Source: a bacterium BMS3Abin08 (GTDB lineage: Bacteria; Nitrospirota; Thermodesulfovibrionia; Thermodesulfovibrionales; JdFR-85). From it: a stretch of DNA of 64,000 nt. Position 1 is the stretch's first letter. Every line of letters begins with the position of its first letter. Below the pieces are notes generated by a model. The model worked only from the letters and a program-made list of their open reading frames with translations. It was not told where the DNA came from and did not search any database. The DNA lies in the NCBI GenBank assembly GCA_002897935.1, contig BDTA01000015.1, positions 17,735-81,734 of the forward strand. Direction: 5' to 3'. A program made the translations under genes and the position numbers. Of this stretch, positions 10,179-18,774 are shown piece after piece.

Positions 10179-10333
10179 TCAAAACACCTCTTCAGGGCTG
10201 TCGGAAGCCCGTTACAATCATCCTAAAGGGTGAAGACCCTATTCCGTTGTGCCTGACAGTCGTATAATCGCTCAAATCAGGCAATAAAAACGATGCATTA
10301 CGGGACCCTGAAATCGTGGGTCTTGAATTCATT

Positions 10334-10735
10334 TCAGGGGTGGTTTTCATGATTCAGGCAGCAGCCCCTTAATGTCTGGATATCTCTTGCCAGTTTTGCC
10401 ATCCTCCTTAGTTCCCTGGCGGAGTTGTCCTGAACCTCTTCAATAAGGGGTTCACAAAAAAACCAGGTACACCTGAAAGGTCTCTGCCACCTTGGGAGGA
10501 TACACCCGCCCTCAGACAAAAAAACACAACAGGCATCCATGTCGTGTGCTTCAATCTCCTCAATCTCAATACCGAATGATCGAAGAAATAACCTGTCACC
10601 GTCATCATACTTTAAATGCCGCTGCCGGCAACAGACATCGTTGCATTGAGGGCAGAGCCCGGATGTATAAACCTCAATAAGAGGACTAATCTCCTCGTAA
10701 AGCAGCTTTATCTCCCCTGCAACCCCGTGGGTCAT
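10334..10735 (-). CDS. YkgJ-family (UPF0153) cysteine-cluster protein
   Basis: CPQCNDVCCRQ matches the CxxCxxCC signature, and there are further Cys pairs. The start at 10735 gives an ATGA overlap with the upstream phosphatase stop. The track's start at 10771 would overlap that gene by 40 nt. Confidence 0.55.
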   Translation of the reverse strand: MTHGVAGEIKLLYEEISPLIEVYTSGLCPQCNDVCCRQRHLKYDDGDRLFLRSFGIEIEEIEAHDMDACCVFLSEGGCILPRWQRPFRCTWFFCEPLIEEVQDNSARELRRMAKLARDIQTLRGCCLNHENHP

Positions 10736-11544
10736 ATCCGCTCTATCAGGGTCAGGACGGCCCTGTTCCAACCCGCAGGGCCAACGCCTTCAGCACAAAT
10801 CAGGTTGTCTGCCACTATATTATCCTCATAACAACCATCCTGCTTCTGCACAAGCACCGGGTAATCCACTCCCTTCAACATAGGCAGATCGTTGAGACTG
10901 TCTCCAAGAGCAACTGTGACAACATCTCCAAACTCTCTTCGGTACAGTTTCACCAGAAATGAAACCGCCCTCCCCTTATCACTGTTCCCCATTATATGAA
11001 AATACCTCCCCTTTGTATACCGATACCCCTTTTCTTTTATCCTCTTAAATAATAAACTAATCTTCTCTGCTTTATCAGTACAGAGAAAGGGTTCATCAAA
11101 GTCCCGCATTTTTGACATTACGGCCTGCTCTTCAGGGAGCCCTGTCAACTCCATTATATCCTCCGGGGACATATCACCAAAACCCTGCAACTTATAACCC
11201 TCTTCACGTAGTTCCCCGACACACCTCCTCAGGTCTTCGTAACGAGCCCCGAGCCTCAATAAAATGTAACCGTCCGCTGTTTCGCCTTCTATACCATCCA
11301 TGGTTTCTCCGCTGAAGTATCCTTCAGGAATAAAAACCCCTCCTCCGTTTTCTGAGATAAAAGGATGATTGTTTTTAAGTTTCTCCCGGTAATATTCAAT
11401 CTCCCTCCTCGTTTTGCTGGAGCAGATGATTAAAGGAAGCCCTTTCCCCCGAAGTTTCTTCAGGGCCGGAAGCGCCTCCTCAAAAGAATAATCCGGGTAC
11501 CTCAGCAGTGTACCATCAAGATCTGTAAAGACTATTATCCTCAT
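10732..11544 (-). CDS. HAD-IIB phosphatase of the MpgP/YedP family (mannosyl- or glucosyl-3-phosphoglycerate phosphatase)
   Basis: MRIIVFTDLDGTLL (HAD motif I), ICSSKT (motif II), GDSLNDLPML (motif IV). Length and pattern match MpgP/YedP. Confidence 0.75.
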   Translation of the reverse strand: MRIIVFTDLDGTLLRYPDYSFEEALPALKKLRGKGLPLIICSSKTRREIEYYREKLKNNHPFISENGGGVFIPEGYFSGETMDGIEGETADGYILLRLGARYEDLRRCVGELREEGYKLQGFGDMSPEDIMELTGLPEEQAVMSKMRDFDEPFLCTDKAEKISLLFKRIKEKGYRYTKGRYFHIMGNSDKGRAVSFLVKLYRREFGDVVTVALGDSLNDLPMLKGVDYPVLVQKQDGCYEDNIVADNLICAEGVGPAGWNRAVLTLIERI

Positions 11545-11585
11545 ATAAGATATCAGAACTCATAAAAAAAGAGGTCAAATTATAT

Positions 11586-11729
11586 AGAGTCTGTGTATAA
11601 ACTGCGTTTTATATTTTTGTCATACCCGAAGTCTGTAGTCGGGTATCCAGAAGTTATTGAAAAGACTGGATTCCCGCCCAACTGACCGCGGGAATGACGG
11701 CTCTATTGTTGAGTTTATACACAGACACT
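11586..11729. repeat. MITE-like element (same family as 5946-6089)
   Basis: AGAGTCTGTGTATAAA ... TTTATACACAGACACT, 144 bp. Internal hairpins ATACCCGAagtctgtagTCGGGTAT and ATTCCCGCccaactgaccGCGGGAAT. Confidence 0.75.
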
Positions 11730-11765
11730 ATATAGACGCCTTCCTTTATAACACAAAAACTACAT

Positions 11766-13076
11766 TCATTCAACCACCATGATCTGAATATCCATCACAT
11801 TCGTACCCGTAGGCCCTGTTATAAAGATATCACCCGTTTTTTTAAAAAAAGTGTATGAATCATTGTTTTCAAGGTATTTCAGGGGATCAAGACCGGCAGA
11901 AAGTCCCCTTTTAAAAGAGTCGCCGTTTACCACGGCACCGGCTGCATCGGTTGGGCCGTCCGTGCCATCGGTTCCTGCCGAGAGCAAAATAATTCCTTCA
12001 ATCCCCTTTATCTGCAATGCAAATGCAAGCGCCAGTTCGGTATTTCTTCCTCCCTTGCCACGGCCCCTAACCGTTACAGTCGTCTCTCCACCGGAGATTA
12101 GACAGAGGGGCCGCCTGTTACCGGTACCCTTTACTTTTTTATCTATCGCCTCTCCGGCAAGGCGCGTTCCAACATCCCCGGCTTCACCATCGAGTTCACA
12201 GGATATGATTTGCGTCTCAAAACCGAAAGAATTCGCAGCCTTTACGGCTGCTTCCAAAGCCTTTTTATTGCTTCCTACTATAGTGTTGTGCACGTCCTTA
12301 AATATGGGGTTCCCGGCTTTGGGAGTTTCAGGATATGTTCCACTTCTCCCTTTCGTAAGCACCTCCATCACCCTTGAGGGAACCAGTTCAGCAATACCGT
12401 ATTTTTCAAGGACAGACACAGCCTCGCCAAACGTGGTAGGATCCGGAGCAGTCGGTCCCGATGCTATTACATCAAGCCTGTCACCAATGACATCTGAGAC
12501 AATAAGATTGATTATGCTTGAAGGATAAACCAACTCGGCAAACCTCCCTCCCTTAACACGAGAGATGTGCTTGCGTATGGTGTTCAGTTCATTTATATCA
12601 GCCCCCGCCTTCAGGAGCTGGGCGGTGACCCTGCATTTTTCATCTAATGTAATGCCGTCATAACAGGATACAAACAGAGAAGACCCGCCTCCCGATGTAA
12701 GACAAAGGGTAAGCGTCTCTTTGCCTGTTTTTTCAACATCCTTAATGATTTCTTCAGTTGCTGAAAAACCTCTCTGATCAGGAACGGGATGAGCTGCTTC
12801 ATAAAGCTTGATCTTTCTCAGGCCGTCCCCTTCCGGGGAATGGCCATATTTCGTAATAACCGTCCCCGAGGCGATCAGGTCCCCGAGTTCATCCTCTACG
12901 GCCTTTGCCATCCCGTAGGCAGCCTTGCCAAACCCGACAACATTTAATCTCACGTACTTGCCCTCTTGATAGATGGCCCGGATCTCTTTACTGTATTCTC
13001 TGACGAGTTGACCGGGATCAACAGCCTCAAGTGCACGGTAGAAAATTTGCTCGAGTATTTTTCGTTCTGTATTCAT
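11766..13076 (-). CDS. glycerate 2-kinase (DUF4147 + MOFRL; TtuD/GckA family)
   Basis: 436 aa. NVVGFGKAAYGMA near the N-terminus, and SGGETTV and SAGTDGTDGPTDAAGA in the MOFRL domain. Confidence 0.85.
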   Translation of the reverse strand: MNTERKILEQIFYRALEAVDPGQLVREYSKEIRAIYQEGKYVRLNVVGFGKAAYGMAKAVEDELGDLIASGTVITKYGHSPEGDGLRKIKLYEAAHPVPDQRGFSATEEIIKDVEKTGKETLTLCLTSGGGSSLFVSCYDGITLDEKCRVTAQLLKAGADINELNTIRKHISRVKGGRFAELVYPSSIINLIVSDVIGDRLDVIASGPTAPDPTTFGEAVSVLEKYGIAELVPSRVMEVLTKGRSGTYPETPKAGNPIFKDVHNTIVGSNKKALEAAVKAANSFGFETQIISCELDGEAGDVGTRLAGEAIDKKVKGTGNRRPLCLISGGETTVTVRGRGKGGRNTELALAFALQIKGIEGIILLSAGTDGTDGPTDAAGAVVNGDSFKRGLSAGLDPLKYLENNDSYTFFKKTGDIFITGPTGTNVMDIQIMVVE

Positions 13077-13083
13077 CTTAAAT

Positions 13084-13175
13084 CAGTGTCTGTTTATAAA
13101 ATCGTTTTTTTGTCATGGCTTAATCCCGAATCAGGTCCGGGATGACATTGCAGTTTTGTTTATAAACAGGTCCTG
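13084..13175. repeat. short MITE-like variant (TGTCTGTTTATAAA ... TTTATAAACAGGTCCT)
   Basis: About 90 bp, with related TIRs and a single GTCATGGC...GGGATGAC hairpin module. Confidence 0.55.
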
Positions 13176-13237
13176 TTTACAATGCACCTTGCCGAAGCCC
13201 CCGCCTTTGGTCGGGGATGAAGGCAAGGAATGCAATT

Positions 13238-13383
13238 AGAGTCTGTGTATAAAGTTGCGGTCTCTCAATCTGTCATTCCGGCAGTTCTTAAGCCGGAATC
13301 TATTCGTTTCAATAAGTTCCGGAGATCCCGAATGCTTTCGGGACATGACAAAAATAAAAAACGGCAATTTATACACAGACTAT
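13238..13383. repeat. MITE-like element (inverted orientation relative to 5946-6089)
   Basis: AGAGTCTGTGTATAAA ... TTTATACACAGACTAT. The interior is the reverse complement of the 5946 copy. Confidence 0.75.
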
Positions 13384-13724
13384 AAATAGATCTGTTTTTT
13401 CGTTTACAACTCAAGGACGCAAATACCGGATTTATATATTATTATACCAGAAACGGTTCACTTCTAATTCATATAAACAAGGGAATTCACTCATTGTCGT
13501 TCCGGTATTCGGACTGGTCTCCGGGAAGCAAATAAAATTGGTCGGGACTTCCTGCAAGATGCTTGTAATTCCCTGTCATTTCACTCGAAGCCCTGAATCA
13601 CCTAACTCCCGAATACTTCCGACTCTGCCATTTCTTTTCGAAATGCCCCGAATGAAGATCTTGCAGGGCTTAGAAAAAAAAGGGGACATTATTGTAAAAT
13701 ATAATTAAGAAACTCTTCGGGCAT

Positions 13725-14084
13725 ATGGTCATGACTTACATAAAGATCCTGAAATCAAAACTGCATATGGGCCGGGTAACAGAGGCAAACGTGGATTATG
13801 AAGGGAGTTGCACAATCGACGAGGAGCTTATGGAACTTGCAGATCTTGTACCTTTTGAATTAATACTAATAAGCAACTACAACAATGGCGAGAGGTTCGA
13901 GACCTACGTAATCCCGGGAGAAAGGGGCTCCGGGAAGATCTGCCTCAATGGTGCAGCAGCGCATAAAGGGTCAGAGGGTGACAGGGTATTCATATTTTCC
14001 TGGCGATATATCCCGGAAGGGGAGTCAGAGGGATACAAACCAAAAATAATCATGCTGTCCGAAGACAACAGACCCAAAAACTGA
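13725..14084 (+). CDS. panD: aspartate 1-decarboxylase proenzyme
   Basis: LKSKLHMGRVTEANVDYEGSCTID contains the conserved G-S self-cleavage site, followed by NGAAAH. The start may be the ATG at 13731. Confidence 0.9.
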   Translation: MVMTYIKILKSKLHMGRVTEANVDYEGSCTIDEELMELADLVPFELILISNYNNGERFETYVIPGERGSGKICLNGAAAHKGSEGDRVFIFSWRYIPEGESEGYKPKIIMLSEDNRPKN

Positions 14085-14128
14085 CAAGGAGGAACCGGAA
14101 TATTAATAAACAGTATAGATCATATACA

Positions 14129-15427
14129 TTGAAAAACTTTAAGGACATTCCGGATATAAGAAAACTCTCCGATGAGGAGCTGTCCGATATCGAGGTTGTG
14201 GCAAGGGTTTTTCCTTTTAAAACGAATAACTACGTTATTGAGAAACTCATCAACTGGGATAACATACCTTATGATCCCATGTTTATTCTGAATTTTCCCC
14301 AGAAAGGAATACTTTTAACAAACGACTATGATACGATGGCATTGGCTGTTCTTCAGAAGGATGAGCAAAGGATTACGGAGACTGCACGTAAGATTCAATA
14401 CTCTCTTAATCCCCACCCTGCGGGTCAGCTTGAATACAACACACCTACTTTTAACGGTAAAAAACTCAAGGGCATCCAGCATAAATACATGGAAACAGTC
14501 TTATTTATGGCTAAAAAGGGACAAACGTGTCATGCCTTCTGTACTTTCTGCTTTCGCTGGCCCCAGTTCATTGGTGACTGTAATCTCAGGATAGGCACAA
14601 ATGATATCAGAACCTTGATAGAGTACCTGAAGGAACATCCCGGGGTAACCGATCTGTTACTCACCGGCGGAGACCCGCTGGTTATGAAAACAGAGACCAT
14701 CGAGGGTTATATTCTGCCTTTGCTTAACGCCGATCTCCCCAATCTGAAAAACATAAGGATTGGGACAAAGGTGCTCTCATACTGGCCCTATCGTTTCCTG
14801 AACGATGAGGATTCACCGCAATTATTGAAATTATTCAAAAGAATTGTCGACTCCGGAAAACACCTTGCATTCATGGCGCACTTCAATCATCCACAGGAGT
14901 TAAGCACTGACGAGGTACAAGAGGCGATTGCAAGGATCAGGGATACGGGAGCCGAGATAAGGACACAGTCCCCCATCCTCCGTAATATCAATAACAACCC
15001 CAAGCTCTGGGCTGCCATGTGGAAAAAACAGGTCGAACTCGGCTGCATCCCCTACTATATGTTTGTCGTGCGGGACACAGGAGCCCAGCATTATTTTGGC
15101 CTGCCCCTGATTGAGGCATTTGATATATTCAGGAATGCATTCAATGGTGTTTCAGGTCTGGCCAGAACCGTACGCGGTCCCGTCATGTCCACAACTGCCG
15201 GCAAGATACAGATGACAGGGTTCTCAGAAGTTCTTGGACACCCGGTAATTACACTTGCCATGATTCAGGCAAGAAATCCCGATTGGGTCTTAAAGCCCTT
15301 CTATGCCAAATACGATGAAGATGCTTTCTGGATCGATGATCTGATGCCTGCATTTGGAGAGGACAATTTCTTTTTTGAACATCCTTACAATAGAATACAG
15401 TATCTGTCTGAAGAATATACCAATTAA
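14129..15427 (+). CDS. KamA-family radical SAM aminomutase-like protein
   Basis: CHAFCTFCFRW is the CxxxCxxC radical SAM cluster motif in a KamA-like context. 432 aa. Start uncertain: the track's TTG at 14129 lies 35 nt from the AAGGAGG at 14086-14092. Confidence 0.75.
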   Translation: MKNFKDIPDIRKLSDEELSDIEVVARVFPFKTNNYVIEKLINWDNIPYDPMFILNFPQKGILLTNDYDTMALAVLQKDEQRITETARKIQYSLNPHPAGQLEYNTPTFNGKKLKGIQHKYMETVLFMAKKGQTCHAFCTFCFRWPQFIGDCNLRIGTNDIRTLIEYLKEHPGVTDLLLTGGDPLVMKTETIEGYILPLLNADLPNLKNIRIGTKVLSYWPYRFLNDEDSPQLLKLFKRIVDSGKHLAFMAHFNHPQELSTDEVQEAIARIRDTGAEIRTQSPILRNINNNPKLWAAMWKKQVELGCIPYYMFVVRDTGAQHYFGLPLIEAFDIFRNAFNGVSGLARTVRGPVMSTTAGKIQMTGFSEVLGHPVITLAMIQARNPDWVLKPFYAKYDEDAFWIDDLMPAFGEDNFFFEHPYNRIQYLSEEYTN

Positions 15428-15566
15428 CGCATACACAAAGAAAACCTCAGGGTTTATGACTCAACCCTGACATACCTTGCTTGACTATAAACATATAAGC
15501 CTTTATACTGTAGATAAGCATGTCTTTCCTTTTTTCAGATCTTAAAATGATCACTGGAGGCAATAT

Positions 15567-16775
15567 ATGTCAGACTTTTTTCAGACCGGGATAGTAACTA
15601 CACTGCACAAGCTTGGAAAGGAAGACATAGAGAGAATAGAGGCTGAACTGACCTGGTATGCCCATGAAAGGCCGATTGCCCTTATCTTGCCATCCCTTTA
15701 CAGTGAACTTGAAGGAGATGCCCTGAAGGGTATTGTTAAGGGGCTGCAGGACGTAAACTACATAAAAGAAATAATAGTTACCCTTGGCCCGGCATCAGAA
15801 GAGGAATTCAAGTATGCAAAGGAATTCTTCTCTGTTCTGCCCCAGAAAACAAGAATTATCTGGAATACCGGGCCCAGAATGAGCGAAATATATAACCTCG
15901 TTAATTTGACGGAACTACCTATCGGTGAACATGGGAAGGGACGCTCTGCATGGATGGCCTATGGTTATGTGCTTTCCCGTCAGGAGTTTCATGCAATTGC
16001 ACTTCATGACTGTGACATCATGACTTACAACAGGGAGCTGCTTGCAAGGCTCTGTTACCCGGTCACCAACTCAAACCTTGATTACCACTTCTGTAAAGGT
16101 TACTACAGCAGGGTCACCGACAGGATGCATGGAAGGGTGACAAGATTACTCGTTACCCCACTGTTGAGGGCCTTACAGAAGATCATCGGCTATAATCAGC
16201 TTCTCGTCTTCTTTGACAGCTTCAGGTATCCTCTTGCCGGTGAATTTTCAATGATGACAGACCTTGCAAGGGTTATCAAGATCCCCGGGGATTGGGGGCT
16301 GGAGGTCGGTGTCCTTGCCGAGGTATACAGAAACACATCACTGCGCCGGGTCTGTCAGGTCGATATTTCTGAAAACTATGAACATAAGCACCAGGAACTC
16401 TCCCCCGAAGATGCCTCTAAGGGCCTTCACAAGATGTGTGTTGATATATGTAAATCACTTTTCAGAACCCTCGCATCCGAGGGTGTAGTCTTTTCAGAAG
16501 GGGCCTTTAAGACATTGATTGCCACTTACATGAGAACAGCCCAGGATATGCTTAAGAGATATGAGGATGATGCAGCCATTAACGGTCTGTACTTTGACAG
16601 GCACGAAGAGAGTCTCGCTGTGGAGACCTTTACCAAAGGAATCAAACAGGCCTCCGAGATAATAATGGCCGATCCTCTCGGTGTACCACTGATATCGAGT
16701 TGGGACAGGGTAAGTTCAGCAATCCCGGATATACTGAATAATATCAGGCAGGCCGTGAAAGAAGACAACCAGTAG
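15567..16775 (+). CDS. glucosyl-/mannosyl-3-phosphoglycerate synthase-like glycosyltransferase
   Basis: About 400 aa, GT-A type. GKGRSAWMAYGY and HDCDI (DxD-like) motifs as in GpgS-type enzymes. An MpgP-family phosphatase and a glycerate kinase are nearby. The exact sugar specificity cannot be read from the sequence. Confidence 0.6.
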   Translation: MSDFFQTGIVTTLHKLGKEDIERIEAELTWYAHERPIALILPSLYSELEGDALKGIVKGLQDVNYIKEIIVTLGPASEEEFKYAKEFFSVLPQKTRIIWNTGPRMSEIYNLVNLTELPIGEHGKGRSAWMAYGYVLSRQEFHAIALHDCDIMTYNRELLARLCYPVTNSNLDYHFCKGYYSRVTDRMHGRVTRLLVTPLLRALQKIIGYNQLLVFFDSFRYPLAGEFSMMTDLARVIKIPGDWGLEVGVLAEVYRNTSLRRVCQVDISENYEHKHQELSPEDASKGLHKMCVDICKSLFRTLASEGVVFSEGAFKTLIATYMRTAQDMLKRYEDDAAINGLYFDRHEESLAVETFTKGIKQASEIIMADPLGVPLISSWDRVSSAIPDILNNIRQAVKEDNQ

Positions 16776-16894
16776 CATTTCACATGCTGTAGTACCGCGT
16801 GCAATGAACAAGGAGGAGGCATGACCGGAATCGACTCTTTGAAGGTCTTACACCCCGCTATGACGGCCTTCCCGGTTGTCTCAAGGAGCGAGCA

Positions 16895-17560
16895 ATGGTA
16901 AGAATATCTGAGTCATTTGAGTTCTGGCAGAGTACTATAGTTCTGAAATCAACGGGGCTAAAGGCACACAATCTAAGGGAGATGAGGGAACTCATCTCCA
17001 CCGTCAGCGACAACTGTATTTACCACCACACCTTTCAGTATTTTATCAAGGGAAACATACTCGAATACACAAATGACTTCGCCCAGTGGGTCAGTGAGGC
17101 GCTGGGCGAACAGGAACTCTCAGAGCGTCTCTCAAATATTGATCCCTATACCTTCTCCGGTATATCTGAAATAAGGATGGCAATCATAGGGGTTATTGAC
17201 GATTTCCTCTCCGCATTCCCTACCCCGCGTGAGGCGATTACAGGTGAAGAACTATTTTTCAACGAGGCCGTTACCATAATATTCCCCTTAGGTATCCGTG
17301 CAAAAAACCTGGCAGAATTTCTGATCGCTGTAAAATATATCGATCCCGGCTCAATCTACTATCACTTTTATGAGGCAAGGAACAGGCTTGGAGGCATAGA
17401 CGACTTTTCCATGTGGTTCGAGTATGCACTACAGATGGATGGCCTTGCCAGGAGAATCAGAAACGTGGATCCCTTCATGCACGATATTGAAGATATCAGG
17501 AGACACGTCGCCAAAGAGGTTGAACTCACAGTAAAGGAAGAGATGGAGGTTGCCGGCTGA
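16895..17560 (+). CDS. conserved hypothetical protein (resembles DUF5752, commonly adjacent to trehalose synthases)
   Basis: RBS AAGGAG. Stop overlaps the next gene's start (TGATG). No catalytic motifs recognised. The family assignment is from memory only. Confidence 0.4.
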   Translation: MVRISESFEFWQSTIVLKSTGLKAHNLREMRELISTVSDNCIYHHTFQYFIKGNILEYTNDFAQWVSEALGEQELSERLSNIDPYTFSGISEIRMAIIGVIDDFLSAFPTPREAITGEELFFNEAVTIIFPLGIRAKNLAEFLIAVKYIDPGSIYYHFYEARNRLGGIDDFSMWFEYALQMDGLARRIRNVDPFMHDIEDIRRHVAKEVELTVKEEMEVAG

Positions 17561-18774
17561 TGCTCTCTGATTACTCCGGAATAGCCCCGAAGAGCGACCT
17601 CATCCTCATAAAAAGACTCTGTGAAAGGTTTCGTAACCGTCACTTTCTACATATCAATTCAACCCGTGCAGGTGGAGGTGTCGCCGAAATACTACAGAGG
17701 ATGGTTCCGATATTGAAGAACCTCGGGATCGACACAAGATGGGAAGTAATAAAAGGGGACAAGAGATTTTATGATATAACAAAAAGGATCCACAATGCCC
17801 TCCAGGGGAGTCCTGAAGCAATCAGTGAGGATATGTGGAAATACCACTACGAGGTTAACAGGACCAATGCCGAAAAGCTGAATCTCGATGCGGATGCGGT
17901 TTTAATTCATGATCCTCAACCCGCACCGCTTATTGAATTCCGTCATGATAGGGGACACTGGATCTGGAGATGCCACATAGATCTCTCAAGTCCCCGTGAA
18001 GATGTCTGTAACAGGCTGCAGGAGTATTGTAAAAAGTATACTGCATCTATATTCTCCGTAGCCCGTTTTACAAGGGCTTTTGGAAACCCGGAGTTTATCG
18101 TCCCCCCTTCTATAGATCCTATAAGCGAAAAAAACCGTGAACTTACTTCCCGGGAGATCGATGAAACGCTGGAAAAATACGGTATACCTTCCGACAGACC
18201 CATGATCCTTCAGGTTTCACGTTTTGACCGGTTCAAAGATCCGATAGGTGTAATCAAGGCATATCGTCTTGTAAAAAAGTACAACGACTGTATCCTTGTA
18301 CTTGCCGGAAGCCCGGCAACAGACGACCCGGAGGGAGAAAGCGTTCTGAACGAGGTCCGGGAATTTACCTGCAGCGATCCCGACATATTCCTCCTCCTCC
18401 TGCCCACATACAGTGACAAGGAGATTAACGCCCTCCAGAGAAGCGCCACCGTAGTGCTGCAGAAGTCGCTGAAGGAGGGTTTCGGACTCACCGTCTCTGA
18501 GGCGATGTGGAAGGGTAAGCCTGTGATTGGTGGCGCCGTCGGTGGTATACCGTTACAGATAGTTAACGGCGTTACAGGTTTTCTTGTCCATTCAATAGAG
18601 GGTACGGCCTTCAGGATCAGACAGTTTCTCAACAACACCGACATGATGGAAAGGATGGGCAAGTCGGGAAAAGAGCACGTAAGACAAAACTTCCTTATAA
18701 CACGCCAGATCAGGGACTACCTGCTTATATGGCTCTGCATGGAAAGCGGGAATTTAGATTTTATTGAGGTGTAA
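17560..18774 (+). CDS. treT: GT4 glycosyltransferase, TreT-like trehalose synthase
   Basis: N-terminal INSTRAGGGVAEIL and ITKRIHNALQG patterns, plus the C-terminal EGFGLTVSEAMWKGKPVIG GT-B motif. Confidence 0.65.
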   Translation: MLSDYSGIAPKSDLILIKRLCERFRNRHFLHINSTRAGGGVAEILQRMVPILKNLGIDTRWEVIKGDKRFYDITKRIHNALQGSPEAISEDMWKYHYEVNRTNAEKLNLDADAVLIHDPQPAPLIEFRHDRGHWIWRCHIDLSSPREDVCNRLQEYCKKYTASIFSVARFTRAFGNPEFIVPPSIDPISEKNRELTSREIDETLEKYGIPSDRPMILQVSRFDRFKDPIGVIKAYRLVKKYNDCILVLAGSPATDDPEGESVLNEVREFTCSDPDIFLLLLPTYSDKEINALQRSATVVLQKSLKEGFGLTVSEAMWKGKPVIGGAVGGIPLQIVNGVTGFLVHSIEGTAFRIRQFLNNTDMMERMGKSGKEHVRQNFLITRQIRDYLLIWLCMESGNLDFIEV

